DNA of 64,000 nucleotides, taken from the IMG/VR virus record IMGVR_UViG_2061766007_000009; one strand, given 5' to 3'. The DNA is from a virus (lineage: Duplodnaviria > Caudoviricetes). Position 1 is the stretch's first letter, and each line of letters opens with the position of its first letter. The notes under the pieces were generated by a model. The model was not told the DNA's origin, ran no database searches, and was given only the letters and a program-made list of their open reading frames with translations. Below, piece after piece: positions 19,044 to 29,152 of this stretch. The position numbers and the translations under genes are program-made.

Positions 19044-19674
19044 ATTGAACGGCGTTTTAAGGAATGTCAATTATCAGATGTGTAAGTATTATGCAAAAGA
19101 TATTGACCCCCTTTTCACATTCGACAAGAAGGATATAGACAACCTCAATATGAGGGACACGCTTAAATTCGACTCCAAGAAGGAGTTCAATGAATTTGTC
19201 TATGTCAACTATCCGTATGAGATTTTCGGATGTGCAAACGCTATGCAACGAGGGCTTCAAGCCCAGTTTACGAATTGGCTCGCAGAGTTGCCAAATTTCG
19301 AGAAGGAGAAATTTGATGTCGGGACCTACAGCCTTAACGAGGAGGCTTTGACAATCCAATCGACCTATTTCTTTCTCAGCAAGTTCGGTAGTAGGGCGAG
19401 GACTATGTATTTCCCAGAGTCCACCGAAGAACTCTGGGAGAAGTTTGATGTGATTATAACTTGCGACCCAGATGTCATCCGGTCAGTCCCAAAAGGAAAA
19501 CGAGTAATCATCATAAGAAGAGACAACAACAAGAGATACGAGAAAAACGCTTTCGCTTGCTATGACACAATGAAAGAATTACTCGAAGATACAGAACTAT
19601 TAGACAAGTTATGCACAGAAAAGCAAGAGAAAGAGAACTTCTTTAAGAAACTAACGAAAAAATTACATTTATAA
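19024..19674 (+). CDS. HAD-fold 5'(3')-deoxyribonucleotidase-like protein with non-canonical motif I
   Basis: RIGIELNGVLRN where DxDGVL is expected; later FDVIITCDP and NKRY. Confidence 0.6.
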   Translation: MVRIGIELNGVLRNVNYQMCKYYAKDIDPLFTFDKKDIDNLNMRDTLKFDSKKEFNEFVYVNYPYEIFGCANAMQRGLQAQFTNWLAELPNFEKEKFDVGTYSLNEEALTIQSTYFFLSKFGSRARTMYFPESTEELWEKFDVIITCDPDVIRSVPKGKRVIIIRRDNNKRYEKNAFACYDTMKELLEDTELLDKLCTEKQEKENFFKKLTKKLHL

Positions 19675-19677
19675 GAT

Positions 19678-20769
19678 ATGGAAGAAAAAGAAATCAAAGC
19701 AATTGGGCGTATCAAAGAAGAGATACAGAAAATTGTCGACAAAAAGAACCGACTGTTCTTCTTTGTAATAGACACCAAGGGGAATCCAAGCGGAAGTCTT
19801 GAGTACATTTACAATCTCGCACTCATTGCGAAGGAAGATGGTTATGATGTCGCTATGCTGCATCAAGAAGAGGAGTTTGTTGGCGTTGGCGACTGGCTTG
19901 ACGAGAAGTACACAAAAATTGAGCACCTCAACATCACAAAAGATAATGTTCAAGTTTCGCCGTCAGACGTGCTGTTCATTCCAGAGATTTTCTCGAATGT
20001 GATGAACCAAACCAAGAAACTGCCTTGTAAGAGAATTGCAATTCTGCAAAACTACGATTTCATTCTCGAGCAAATGCCATACGCCGCACAATGGGGTGAC
20101 TTTGGCATTCTGGAGGCAATCACCAACACAGACAATGTGGCAAAACAGTTACATTCAATCTTCCCTTATGTGAAGACCACTACAATCGACCCATACATCA
20201 GCAAAATTTTTGGAAACACCATTGAGCCAAAGAAGATGCTCGTCAATGTTGTCGCAAAGAACCAAGAAGACGTAGTAAAGATTGTGAAACCATTCTACTG
20301 GAAGTATCCAGCATTCAAGTGGGTATCGTTCCGTGACCTTCGTGCCGTAACGAAGGAAGTGTTTGCACAGTCTCTCAGAGAAGCCGCAATCACAATCTGG
20401 ATTGATGATGACGCAAGTTTCGGATATACTCCAATCGAGGCTGCCAAGTCTGGTTCGATTGTTATCGCAAAAATACCAGACAACGACCTCAAGTGGGCTG
20501 ACGCTGATGACGGCAAACTGAAGAACTGCTGTGTGTGGTTTGATAGTTTCCACGATGCACACCAACAGATTGCGGCTGTAGTAAGAGCGTGGATTACAAA
20601 CAGAATTCCACAAGAGATTACAGATGCAACCGCAGAATTGTCCAAACTTTATCCATACGAGTCAACAAAGGAACAATTCCTCACCTATCTTAGCAAGGTT
20701 GTTGAGAACCGCAAGAAGGAAATGGAGGACTTAATAATTCATATTAACAGTAAGGAGGGTAAACAATGA
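19678..20769 (+). CDS. GT-B glycosyltransferase-like protein
   Basis: GSLEYIY, DVLFIPE, ILQN, FAQSLREA..WIDD.ASFGYTPIEAAKSG. Confidence 0.75.
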   Translation: MEEKEIKAIGRIKEEIQKIVDKKNRLFFFVIDTKGNPSGSLEYIYNLALIAKEDGYDVAMLHQEEEFVGVGDWLDEKYTKIEHLNITKDNVQVSPSDVLFIPEIFSNVMNQTKKLPCKRIAILQNYDFILEQMPYAAQWGDFGILEAITNTDNVAKQLHSIFPYVKTTTIDPYISKIFGNTIEPKKMLVNVVAKNQEDVVKIVKPFYWKYPAFKWVSFRDLRAVTKEVFAQSLREAAITIWIDDDASFGYTPIEAAKSGSIVIAKIPDNDLKWADADDGKLKNCCVWFDSFHDAHQQIAAVVRAWITNRIPQEITDATAELSKLYPYESTKEQFLTYLSKVVENRKKEMEDLIIHINSKEGKQ

Positions 20770-21530
20770 AAGATTTCAAAGTCATAATTCCAGTACACGA
20801 GTACAACGACGACGTTAAAGAATTATTGCAGAGAGCAATAGAAAGCGTACCCAAGGGGATGGAAATTGTCATTTCTTGCCCTAACGGACTGAAAGACAGT
20901 ATTACCACAAAGCGAAAAGTGGAATTTGTCGAGAACGAAGATGGGGCAAACGATTTTGCCACACTTGTAAATCAAGCGGTTGGTGGCACAAAATGGTTCT
21001 CAATTCTTGAGTTTGATGATATTTATACCGAGATTTGGTTTGACGAGGTTAAGAAGTATATTGACTTTAGCCCCAAGACGAGCGTCTTTATGCCTCTGGA
21101 GGACATCTACGAGTTCAACGAAGATAAGTATATCGGCTTCGGCAACGAAGCACCTTGGGCATCGTCATTCTCAAACGAACTTGGGCATATCGACAAAGAG
21201 TGCCTTGACAACTATTTTAATTTCTACTTGACCGGTTCTATCTTTAACACCGATGACTGGAAAGAGATTGGAGGATTAAAACCATCAATAAAGTTAACAT
21301 TCTGGTATGAATTTCTTTTAAGAGCAACCAACAAGGGAAAAGATGTGTTTGTGATACCAAAGGTTGGATACATTCATTATCTTGGGCGAGATGGCTCATT
21401 ACTTGAGAACTATCGTGATGAATTCGACGAGGATGAAAGCAACTTCTGGTTCAACACCGCTAAAGAGGAGTACCATTTTAAAGAAGACCGAAACAAGACA
21501 TATACGAAAGAGAAAAATACTGAAGAATAA
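20766..21530 (+). CDS. GT2-family glycosyltransferase
   Basis: VIIPVH, RAIESV, WFSILEFDD, IGGLK..FWYEFLLR, IPKVGY.H. Confidence 0.8.
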   Translation: MKDFKVIIPVHEYNDDVKELLQRAIESVPKGMEIVISCPNGLKDSITTKRKVEFVENEDGANDFATLVNQAVGGTKWFSILEFDDIYTEIWFDEVKKYIDFSPKTSVFMPLEDIYEFNEDKYIGFGNEAPWASSFSNELGHIDKECLDNYFNFYLTGSIFNTDDWKEIGGLKPSIKLTFWYEFLLRATNKGKDVFVIPKVGYIHYLGRDGSLLENYRDEFDEDESNFWFNTAKEEYHFKEDRNKTYTKEKNTEE

Positions 21531-21541
21531 GCCACACAATA

Positions 21542-21590
21542 TGATAAAACGTCAATAAAGTGGAAATATTGACGTTTTATCACTTTTTTG
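21542..21590 (+). terminator. Intrinsic terminator with 16-bp stem
   Basis: TGATAAAACGTCAATA / TATTGACGTTTTATCA followed by CTTTTTTG. Confidence 0.8.
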
Positions 21591-21681
21591 ACAGCACTGA
21601 CTTGCGGGATGCAAGAGTGTAGGGAAGTATGTGAAAACACATAGAGTGTCCATTGGCAACCAACAACACGGATAAAAGACA

Positions 21682-22413
21682 ATGGGACGAAGAGGTAAGA
21701 AACCCAGAAGAAAGGGATATTTTTACGAAGAACAAGAACAAGCCGTCGTAGATTACATCAACGCTGAGACCAAAGAAGACAAAGAGCGAATATTCAATGA
21801 ACATCTTCTGACGGCATTTACCAAAATGGTAGAATCAATCATAAGAAGATACAATCTATACCCACCAGATGAAGAGTTTGACGAAACGTTTAACGATACC
21901 ATTTCGTTTCTTATGACGAAGATGGACCACTTCAAACCAGAATCTGGCTACAAGGCGTATTCGTATTGCGGAACAATCTGCAAGAATTACCTTATTTACA
22001 AAATCAACCAATTCTCAAAAAGGCAAAAAAGAAATGCCTCATATGATGTTATGGAAGGTTCTTTATCAGAGAACCAGAAATATTCATATGATGCCCCAAC
22101 TGAAGAGGGAAACTTCGTGACCGACCTTATGAGTAAGGCGGCGCAGTCGATAAAGGAAACTATAGATGAGAAAGAGAAAAACCGCCTCAACGAAAACGAA
22201 GTGAAGGTCGGACAAGCGCTCGTGTCACTTATGACCAACTGGGACAACATATTCGCCGAAATGGGCAGCAACAAGTTCAACAAGAGTTCAATTTTGCTCT
22301 TCCTTAAAGAGACTACCTTATTGAATACCAAAGAGATAAGGGACTCAATGAAGAAGTATAAAGGCATATATTACGCTGTCAAGAAAAATATGCTTGACGA
22401 TATTTATAGTTGA
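21682..22413 (+). CDS. Phage RNA polymerase sigma factor (gp55-like, probably late)
   Basis: YF..EQAVVDY, KMVESIIRRY, FLMTKMDHFKP..KAYSYCGTICKNYLI resembles sigma region 2. Confidence 0.65.
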   Translation: MGRRGKKPRRKGYFYEEQEQAVVDYINAETKEDKERIFNEHLLTAFTKMVESIIRRYNLYPPDEEFDETFNDTISFLMTKMDHFKPESGYKAYSYCGTICKNYLIYKINQFSKRQKRNASYDVMEGSLSENQKYSYDAPTEEGNFVTDLMSKAAQSIKETIDEKEKNRLNENEVKVGQALVSLMTNWDNIFAEMGSNKFNKSSILLFLKETTLLNTKEIRDSMKKYKGIYYAVKKNMLDDIYS

Positions 22414-22427
22414 TAAACAAGACTATT

Positions 22428-22835
22428 ATGGGTAAATTAAAGATTGATGTTAATAACTTGAATAACGTCAGAGACTTATTGCAAGAGGCATACAGACTCG
22501 CTGACGAGCAACTTGTTCAAGCACAAGACCAGATAACAAAACTGGCAACAGCGACCAAACTGCAAGACTGTACTATGGACGAGAAAGCCAAGTACGCAAA
22601 GGCACAGAATGACTATATGGCGATAAAGGACAAAGCGATTGCGAAAAAACTTGAGATTGCAAAACTCCTTGCAGACATTTGTGCTCACAATGGAGATAAG
22701 AACAAATCTGGGTCGGAGAAACAAAGAGGGTCTCTTGACTTCACAAAAATCAGAGAGATGGTCGACCAGAGTTTTGACAATTCGTCTGGCGAAAAGTCAA
22801 AGACAATTGAATTAAAGGTACACAAAAATGGCTAA
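22428..22835 (+). CDS. Hypothetical helical protein
   Basis: Follows TATTTAT at 22401; ATG at 22428. Confidence 0.6.
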   Translation: MGKLKIDVNNLNNVRDLLQEAYRLADEQLVQAQDQITKLATATKLQDCTMDEKAKYAKAQNDYMAIKDKAIAKKLEIAKLLADICAHNGDKNKSGSEKQRGSLDFTKIREMVDQSFDNSSGEKSKTIELKVHKNG

Positions 22836-25224
22836 AAAGAACGACAAGGCACGAGAAGCCCTTTCATATATTAGTGCAATACAGTCGATACTCGAGAAGT
22901 ATCCAGACTTAGAGCATCTTGATACTGAACTTGCCAATCAAGCAAATAACGGTATCGAGTTTCTTATAAACATATTGAAAGAACTTGGCCAATATGACCG
23001 TATGGTTCAATGGTTGGCCAACTACATCGTATACCTTGTTCCAGCACTTGAGGTTGCGGTGAAGGGAATTCTCCTCGCAAACCTTAAGATTGCTTGTAGC
23101 GTTGACCCCAGAATACCAAGATATATGAGGAAACGCTCAAAAGACGTGCCCAAAATCGATGAAGACGACGTGGAAAACCGAGGCGTCCTTCTCAATGTAC
23201 AATCATTTGACCATACATCAATATTAGAAACATCTCCGTTCAGTTATGAGGGGAGATACAACTATTTCGGTGTCCTTGAGGCTCAAGAAGAAAAGATTTA
23301 TGACCCAGAAAAGAAGAAAAAACCGATAACAACATATAAATTTGTACCAACAACAAGTCTTTATGGCCTTGCGAGAGCCGAAGATTTCAATGCGTTTCTA
23401 TGGTTTGTAATTAATAAAGGCAAACTATCACAACCAAAAGGATTTGAGGATGCTGAGAGTCTTACAGATACTTTTCACGTCAATGTAAGTAACTTTAATC
23501 TATTAAAAGAGAATAAGTTCACTGCGGAACAAGTATCTGAGACTGGGAGTTCCAGTTCCCTCCTTCAAGGCGTAACAATATTTCAGAAAGCGGGCGATTA
23601 TAGTTCGGATGTGCTGTCTTTGTGTATGGACTGCGAACGCAACGACAATGGGTTCATTACATCCAGCACTCTTGTGCCAGTATCCGATACGAGGAACAGT
23701 GAGAACTGGTATGTCAACAGAAGCAACTATTTCAATGCGAATCTTACTGAAAAAAAGAAAAAGCCAAGGGATTACACCAAAGAAATGGCTATCTGTAATC
23801 TCGAATATATAGAACAAGAAGACGATTATTACTTCACACACAGTAGTATCACTGGTCAAAAATTAGAACCTTTCGGTGGGGCGGCTAGTTATTACATCAA
23901 TTTCACAATATTGCCAAAACCCCTCATATTGATACCTGGTCGTACAATCAAATACATCCTATTCAATGAGAATGGGGAAATGGACAAGAACGGAAAATAT
24001 TCAATCAACACCGATAGATATTATGTCCCAACATTTCCAGTACCAGAAGGAAAGGTTGGTGAGTTGTGGAGTGCAGTAAGTCAAGGACTTGGAGTTGAGG
24101 CTTATATTGGTCTAAACACAGGCGAACAACTCATATATCCAGTCATTAATCGAAAGGATGGGGTTTGTGTGGCACACCTTGTTTTCGACAAAAGTGATTT
24201 GAAATACACGTTGGAGAAGGGAGAGGTAGATGAAGAAGGAATTCAACTGATGTGCTTAAGGGAAGTATATAGGGGCTTAACCGTATACGAATTCAATTAC
24301 GACTTTGTGATGGGTATGCGTCTGTATGATTCCAAAGTAATCACCGCACAGTTAATTTCTGCCGTGCTTGGAATGGATTTTGGTTTGAATTTCTACAAAG
24401 ATACAACACAACTTGAAGTGCAAGCCGAAGTTATAGAGATTATGCACGAAATAATGTACAGCGAGGATAAGGAAGTCAGCGACTGTTATTATTCTTTCTC
24501 TAATCGCAAGTACGACGAAATGCGTACCGATGCGGAATTAAAGCGAGCCGCACTGTATCCAATCAATTTCAACCCAGCGACAGCAAAGCAAATCGACGCT
24601 CGAAGTCTTACCAGCATTCTGGACGAATTCGACCAAGTGGAGACTCTCAACGAGCAAGTTGACGTAATAACAAGGGCGGTCAACCAAGCCTGTGTGTCAG
24701 TTCAAGAAGCAAGCGGAGACAAGGTAGAGACTGACGGACTTAAAGTGAATGTAGTATGTTCACTTATACAATCGTTGATGACAATTCTTATGAATGCCAT
24801 CATTTCTCCCAAAGTCGCTATGCTTATAGAAGTGAATGAAGAACTTATAGGGAGTCATAAAGACAACCTTAATGGGTTAAAATCGTTCAACTTGAAAGCA
24901 TTTCTCAAAAAAATACGTAATTTCATTGTCAAAATCGCCAGAGAAATTATGAATGCACTTATTGCGGCGTTGTGGGACCTTGTGAAGAGTATCCTACTTC
25001 AATTACTTGAGCAAGTCGGTGTGTACCTATTGAGAGAGATGCTTAAAGTCTACAAAGACTTATTGATGCAAATGATTAAAGAATGTGGCGGAATTGCTAA
25101 CATATCACTTAACCACGGCCAACTTCTTGAGACTCCAATTGCAGATGCCACATACGCTGATACTGCAACAGACGCAGATAAATACAAGACATCTGATGAC
25201 GTTCCAGTAACTGGACAATGCTAA
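22828..25224 (+). CDS. Large hypothetical protein, possibly baseplate/tail-associated
   Basis: 798 aa; amphipathic helical termini; next to a gp5-like gene. Confidence 0.55.
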   Translation: MAKKNDKAREALSYISAIQSILEKYPDLEHLDTELANQANNGIEFLINILKELGQYDRMVQWLANYIVYLVPALEVAVKGILLANLKIACSVDPRIPRYMRKRSKDVPKIDEDDVENRGVLLNVQSFDHTSILETSPFSYEGRYNYFGVLEAQEEKIYDPEKKKKPITTYKFVPTTSLYGLARAEDFNAFLWFVINKGKLSQPKGFEDAESLTDTFHVNVSNFNLLKENKFTAEQVSETGSSSSLLQGVTIFQKAGDYSSDVLSLCMDCERNDNGFITSSTLVPVSDTRNSENWYVNRSNYFNANLTEKKKKPRDYTKEMAICNLEYIEQEDDYYFTHSSITGQKLEPFGGAASYYINFTILPKPLILIPGRTIKYILFNENGEMDKNGKYSINTDRYYVPTFPVPEGKVGELWSAVSQGLGVEAYIGLNTGEQLIYPVINRKDGVCVAHLVFDKSDLKYTLEKGEVDEEGIQLMCLREVYRGLTVYEFNYDFVMGMRLYDSKVITAQLISAVLGMDFGLNFYKDTTQLEVQAEVIEIMHEIMYSEDKEVSDCYYSFSNRKYDEMRTDAELKRAALYPINFNPATAKQIDARSLTSILDEFDQVETLNEQVDVITRAVNQACVSVQEASGDKVETDGLKVNVVCSLIQSLMTILMNAIISPKVAMLIEVNEELIGSHKDNLNGLKSFNLKAFLKKIRNFIVKIAREIMNALIAALWDLVKSILLQLLEQVGVYLLREMLKVYKDLLMQMIKECGGIANISLNHGQLLETPIADATYADTATDADKYKTSDDVPVTGQC

Positions 25225-25237
25225 AAATATAATCATT

Positions 25238-25618
25238 ATGAGTATAGAAACTATTGCTGACAAAATAAAAAGTCTCATCAACACCGCAAGGAAGCCGTTT
25301 CCGTTGTTTCCAGCGATAATTATGATTTGTTCTTGTATAAAGAGACCAGGTCTCTCAAGCATCCTCTCGATTGCAAACATAATTGCAAACAATGCGAAAA
25401 TTGGAATACCTACCGGCAAAAACCCAGACGGCTCACCAAACTTGGTTAATGCGGTTGTGGGAAATATTGTCGAGGAGGTCGTGAGAGCAATACAAAACGA
25501 TATGATGGTGCAAGTAGCGTTCAAGCCAGGTGACATTGTGATTTCTGGGACCGCTGGCGATAGGCAAGTCGTCGGAATGAACGTAAACGCCCCAAGGACT
25601 CAAGGTGGAGGATTTTAA
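25238..25618 (+). CDS. Hypothetical protein
   Basis: Clean ORF in late operon. Confidence 0.6.
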   Translation: MSIETIADKIKSLINTARKPFPLFPAIIMICSCIKRPGLSSILSIANIIANNAKIGIPTGKNPDGSPNLVNAVVGNIVEEVVRAIQNDMMVQVAFKPGDIVISGTAGDRQVVGMNVNAPRTQGGGF

Positions 25619-25622
25619 TGTT

Positions 25623-25805
25623 ATGGAAAAGATAGAATTACTAACAAATGCGGAAATAAACCTTAAGAAAAAGAGTCTTGAGGAGGAATACAACAATATC
25701 AAGGCAAAAATCCTTTCCCTCACTGAAAGGATGAAAGAACTTGATGTTGAATATGACAAATATAATAAAGAATACCTTAAAAGAACTAGAAGATGGAAGG
25801 CATAG
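25623..25805 (+). CDS. Small coiled-coil protein
   Basis: Heptad-rich 60 aa; fills the gap in the operon. Confidence 0.55.
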   Translation: MEKIELLTNAEINLKKKSLEEEYNNIKAKILSLTERMKELDVEYDKYNKEYLKRTRRWKA

Positions 25806-26821
25806 TTGTGAGACAAGGAGAAGTCCTCAGAATTGAAGGTTACGGAGTAGATGCCGCAATGGGGACTGGCGGTCTGCGTGTTCTTGTAAAGTTATACGTG
25901 GATAAAGATGAAGAACGCATAAATGGTGACAAGATTGAGCCAGATGTTTCATACGCATATCCATTACTTCCACGAACAATACAATCAATCCCAAAGATTG
26001 GAGAGGGCGTTTTGGTGATAACATCGCATCTGGGAGACAAAGACAGTCAAAGATATTATATTGGTCCACTTTTGTCTCAACCCCAATTCTGGGAATATGA
26101 GAAGTATTACGGTGGTCGTGGCACTGCAAACGCATTGACCGACAGTAGGCAAACAGACCCACTGGAAAGCATTGACACAAACCCAGATACCAAAGGTGCG
26201 TTTCCAACCCCAAACGATGTGGCAATTATAGGTAGAGGTGGGTCTGATATTATTATCAGAGACCCCAAACCGTCTGTCGCCACAAATTCTGACGATTATG
26301 TGAACACCGAGCAAATTGCACTTAGGTGTGGAATCAGGCTCAACAATGCACAAAATCCCGACATCAATGAGCAAGGAAAAATCTTCTTCAATAACGGCGA
26401 CCCAACCTACATACAGATGCTGTATGCACACGGTTTATTCTATAGTGGTGATGAAAGGCTGTATCCAACAACAATGGGCAATGAAACCCTTGCACCACCA
26501 AGCACCTATACTAGTGGCGTAATAAACGTTGTGGCAGACAAGATAAATCTTATGTCACATAACGATTATACACAAAATTTCACATTCGCCGACCAGCCAG
26601 ACCTCATTTCAGAAAGGGACTTGCAGACAGCAATAAATGACTTGCATAATATGGTATATGGCGATGTCTTAATACAATACCTTGAGTTATTGAGACGTGC
26701 AATAGTTGAGCACACACACCCACTTTCAATGCTACCTCCGATTATCAAGAACACTTTGTTGGAAAAAGTGGTATCAGAAGACTTATCTCAAATGGTTTCT
26801 ACAAACATCAGACTCTCTTAA
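25793..26821 (+). CDS. Baseplate hub/spike (gp5/VgrG N-terminal OB-like) protein
   Basis: GEV..LRVLV..YAYPLLP..IPKIGEGVLV..RYYIGP; DVAIIGRG; C-terminal VYGD.L..L..HTHP. Confidence 0.6.
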   Translation: MEGIVVRQGEVLRIEGYGVDAAMGTGGLRVLVKLYVDKDEERINGDKIEPDVSYAYPLLPRTIQSIPKIGEGVLVITSHLGDKDSQRYYIGPLLSQPQFWEYEKYYGGRGTANALTDSRQTDPLESIDTNPDTKGAFPTPNDVAIIGRGGSDIIIRDPKPSVATNSDDYVNTEQIALRCGIRLNNAQNPDINEQGKIFFNNGDPTYIQMLYAHGLFYSGDERLYPTTMGNETLAPPSTYTSGVINVVADKINLMSHNDYTQNFTFADQPDLISERDLQTAINDLHNMVYGDVLIQYLELLRRAIVEHTHPLSMLPPIIKNTLLEKVVSEDLSQMVSTNIRLS

Positions 26822-26843
26822 TATTTATATATAAAAAGAGAAG

Positions 26844-28310
26844 ATGATTACAAAGACTTACATAAAGAAGTTCAATACAATTATCAAGAACAGCAAACTC
26901 AACACCGGATTGAACCCGGTTGCCGAACTGTGCTATGGCACGTCGACAACAAGGGTTCTTTTCTACTTCGACGTTGACCACGTTCGCCGTTTGTATGAGG
27001 ACAAAGTGATGCCAGATATGACAAAAATGCATCACACCTTGCATATATGCAATGCTGGTTCAATCGACTTTACACAATTACATCAGAGAGAGATAAGTTC
27101 GATAAACGACAGCATAAAGGTCAGAGCAACCTCTTTTGACCTCATTTTCTTCCTTATTCCCAAATTTTGGGACCGCGGAAAGGGTTTTGATTACATAAAA
27201 AACTGCTTTAATGCTGATTTTTACACAAAAAACCCCGCAGAACCAAACAGATTCATTTCTGAGGATGGTTGTACGTGGTATCAGAGGCAAAATGGGCTCC
27301 CTTGGGACGAAGAAGGCATTTATAGCATAGAAACCCTCTCAAAAGAGTATGATAAGTACTCTTCTGACGAAGGAAGTGAGATTGTCATCGCCAGACAGCA
27401 CTTTGACATCGGAAATGAGAATATTCACGTCGATATTACCGATATTTTCAACAAATTCATCACTGGAGACCTTGAAAATTACGGAATCGGGGTAGCATTC
27501 TCTCCAATGCTCGAAGAAACTGCGAATTTGAAGGGTGACAAGACCCCATTGCACGAAAATTACCTTGGTTTGCTCACAGACAAGACAAATACCTTCTTTG
27601 AACCGTTTGTGGAGACCAAATATGACGATTTTATCTCTGATGATAGGGGTAATTTTGTACTGGATAAGGATAATAAGTTGTATTTGTACACAAATATCGG
27701 AGGAAAAGCCGAAAATCTGGACGAAATGCCAACTTGTAGTGTAAATGAGGTGGAATATGAGGTAAAACAGGCGACAAAAGGCGTTTATTACATCGAAATT
27801 AACCTTTCACACAACGATTTTGAGCCAGATACGATGCTTTATGATGTTTGGGACAACATTTTCTATAAAGGAACACGTTTTGACCCCGTAGAACTCGATT
27901 TTACACTCAAAAAACCAACAAATTGGTTCAATTTTGGCCCAAATATGGCAGAAAATGCGTCATTTACACCCAATTTGAGTGGAATTAAGGCAAAAGAACA
28001 GATAAAGAGGGGTGATATACGCCGTCTTGACATCCTTGCGAGGGAAAATTACAGCACAAAACAGGCTCAAATGGTCAAAAATGTGGAAGTTCGCATCTAT
28101 GTGAAGGACGGAACACGAGAAATCGACGTTTTTCCGTGGGAATTCATCAATACAACCCTCTCTGGCAGTTATATTATGGTTGACACCAACATAATGATAC
28201 CTCAAAGGTATCACGTTGACGTGAGATTCACTTGTGACGGACAAGTAATAATACACCACGACCAACTTTCATTTGATATCGTAGATGATTTAAATAACAA
28301 ATACGCTTAA
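26844..28310 (+). CDS. Conserved-looking structural protein of unknown function
   Basis: TATTTAT immediately upstream; beta-rich, W..G.G.D and F..G.E.I.VDIT motifs. Confidence 0.55.
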   Translation: MITKTYIKKFNTIIKNSKLNTGLNPVAELCYGTSTTRVLFYFDVDHVRRLYEDKVMPDMTKMHHTLHICNAGSIDFTQLHQREISSINDSIKVRATSFDLIFFLIPKFWDRGKGFDYIKNCFNADFYTKNPAEPNRFISEDGCTWYQRQNGLPWDEEGIYSIETLSKEYDKYSSDEGSEIVIARQHFDIGNENIHVDITDIFNKFITGDLENYGIGVAFSPMLEETANLKGDKTPLHENYLGLLTDKTNTFFEPFVETKYDDFISDDRGNFVLDKDNKLYLYTNIGGKAENLDEMPTCSVNEVEYEVKQATKGVYYIEINLSHNDFEPDTMLYDVWDNIFYKGTRFDPVELDFTLKKPTNWFNFGPNMAENASFTPNLSGIKAKEQIKRGDIRRLDILARENYSTKQAQMVKNVEVRIYVKDGTREIDVFPWEFINTTLSGSYIMVDTNIMIPQRYHVDVRFTCDGQVIIHHDQLSFDIVDDLNNKYA

Positions 28311-28314
28311 AATT

Positions 28315-29124
28315 ATGAATGTTGACGTATACACCCTTTGCTGGAACGAAATGGCGATTCTTCCATTTGCCATCGAAGCCTGGAAGAGGTTTGCAAGACA
28401 CGTCTATGTTTTTGACAATGGGTCAACCGACGGGTCAATCGAATTTTTAGAGAAATACGACTGGATTACGGTAGAACATTTTGGAAAAGACACTGAAAAA
28501 AGCAACAAACAGAACAGTAATATAAAAAACACAAAATGGAAAGGTTCTGATGCTGATTATGTTGTGGTATGTGATTTGGACGAGTGCCTTATTGGTAAAG
28601 ACGTAAAAAAAACCCTTGAGGATTGCAAGAAAAGAGGGGCTACTATAGTTGAAGTCGAATGGTATGACTTTATAAACCCCGAAAACGAGATTCCTCAGTA
28701 CCAAGAAGGTAAAACTTTGTACGAGGTTAGTCCTTATGTTAGACGGAATAACAAAGCCAAAACCCTTGTGTTTGACCCCAAGAAAATAACCGACATTAAT
28801 TATAGCGTGGGAGCACATTATTGCTCTCCAAAAGGCGTGGTTAAGAAGTTCAAACCGAAAGGCCTTTTCGTGCATCACGTGAACAACTGTTTATGTCTGG
28901 ACTATAAGTTAAAGAGGTATGAAATACAAAATGCCAGACTTTCAGCAGAAGACAAACGAAGAAGATGGGGAATACATTATGGACGGAGCAAAAAAGAAAT
29001 CTCCAGAAATTACAACAACTCATTGAAAGGCAAAATTGATTTTAGAAAACTTATGGAGGAGGGGGATGATAAAGCATCATCTCCCAAAAGCACCGATAGA
29101 CGAATAAACACTCCAGCAATATAA
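28315..29124 (+). CDS. GT2-like glycosyltransferase
   Basis: VYTLCWNE..ILPF, VFDNGSTDGS, ADYVVVCDLDE, Y..GAH. Confidence 0.85.
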   Translation: MNVDVYTLCWNEMAILPFAIEAWKRFARHVYVFDNGSTDGSIEFLEKYDWITVEHFGKDTEKSNKQNSNIKNTKWKGSDADYVVVCDLDECLIGKDVKKTLEDCKKRGATIVEVEWYDFINPENEIPQYQEGKTLYEVSPYVRRNNKAKTLVFDPKKITDINYSVGAHYCSPKGVVKKFKPKGLFVHHVNNCLCLDYKLKRYEIQNARLSAEDKRRRWGIHYGRSKKEISRNYNNSLKGKIDFRKLMEEGDDKASSPKSTDRRINTPAI

Positions 29125-29152
29125 TGTTTCTTGGCAACTAATTTAAGATAAG

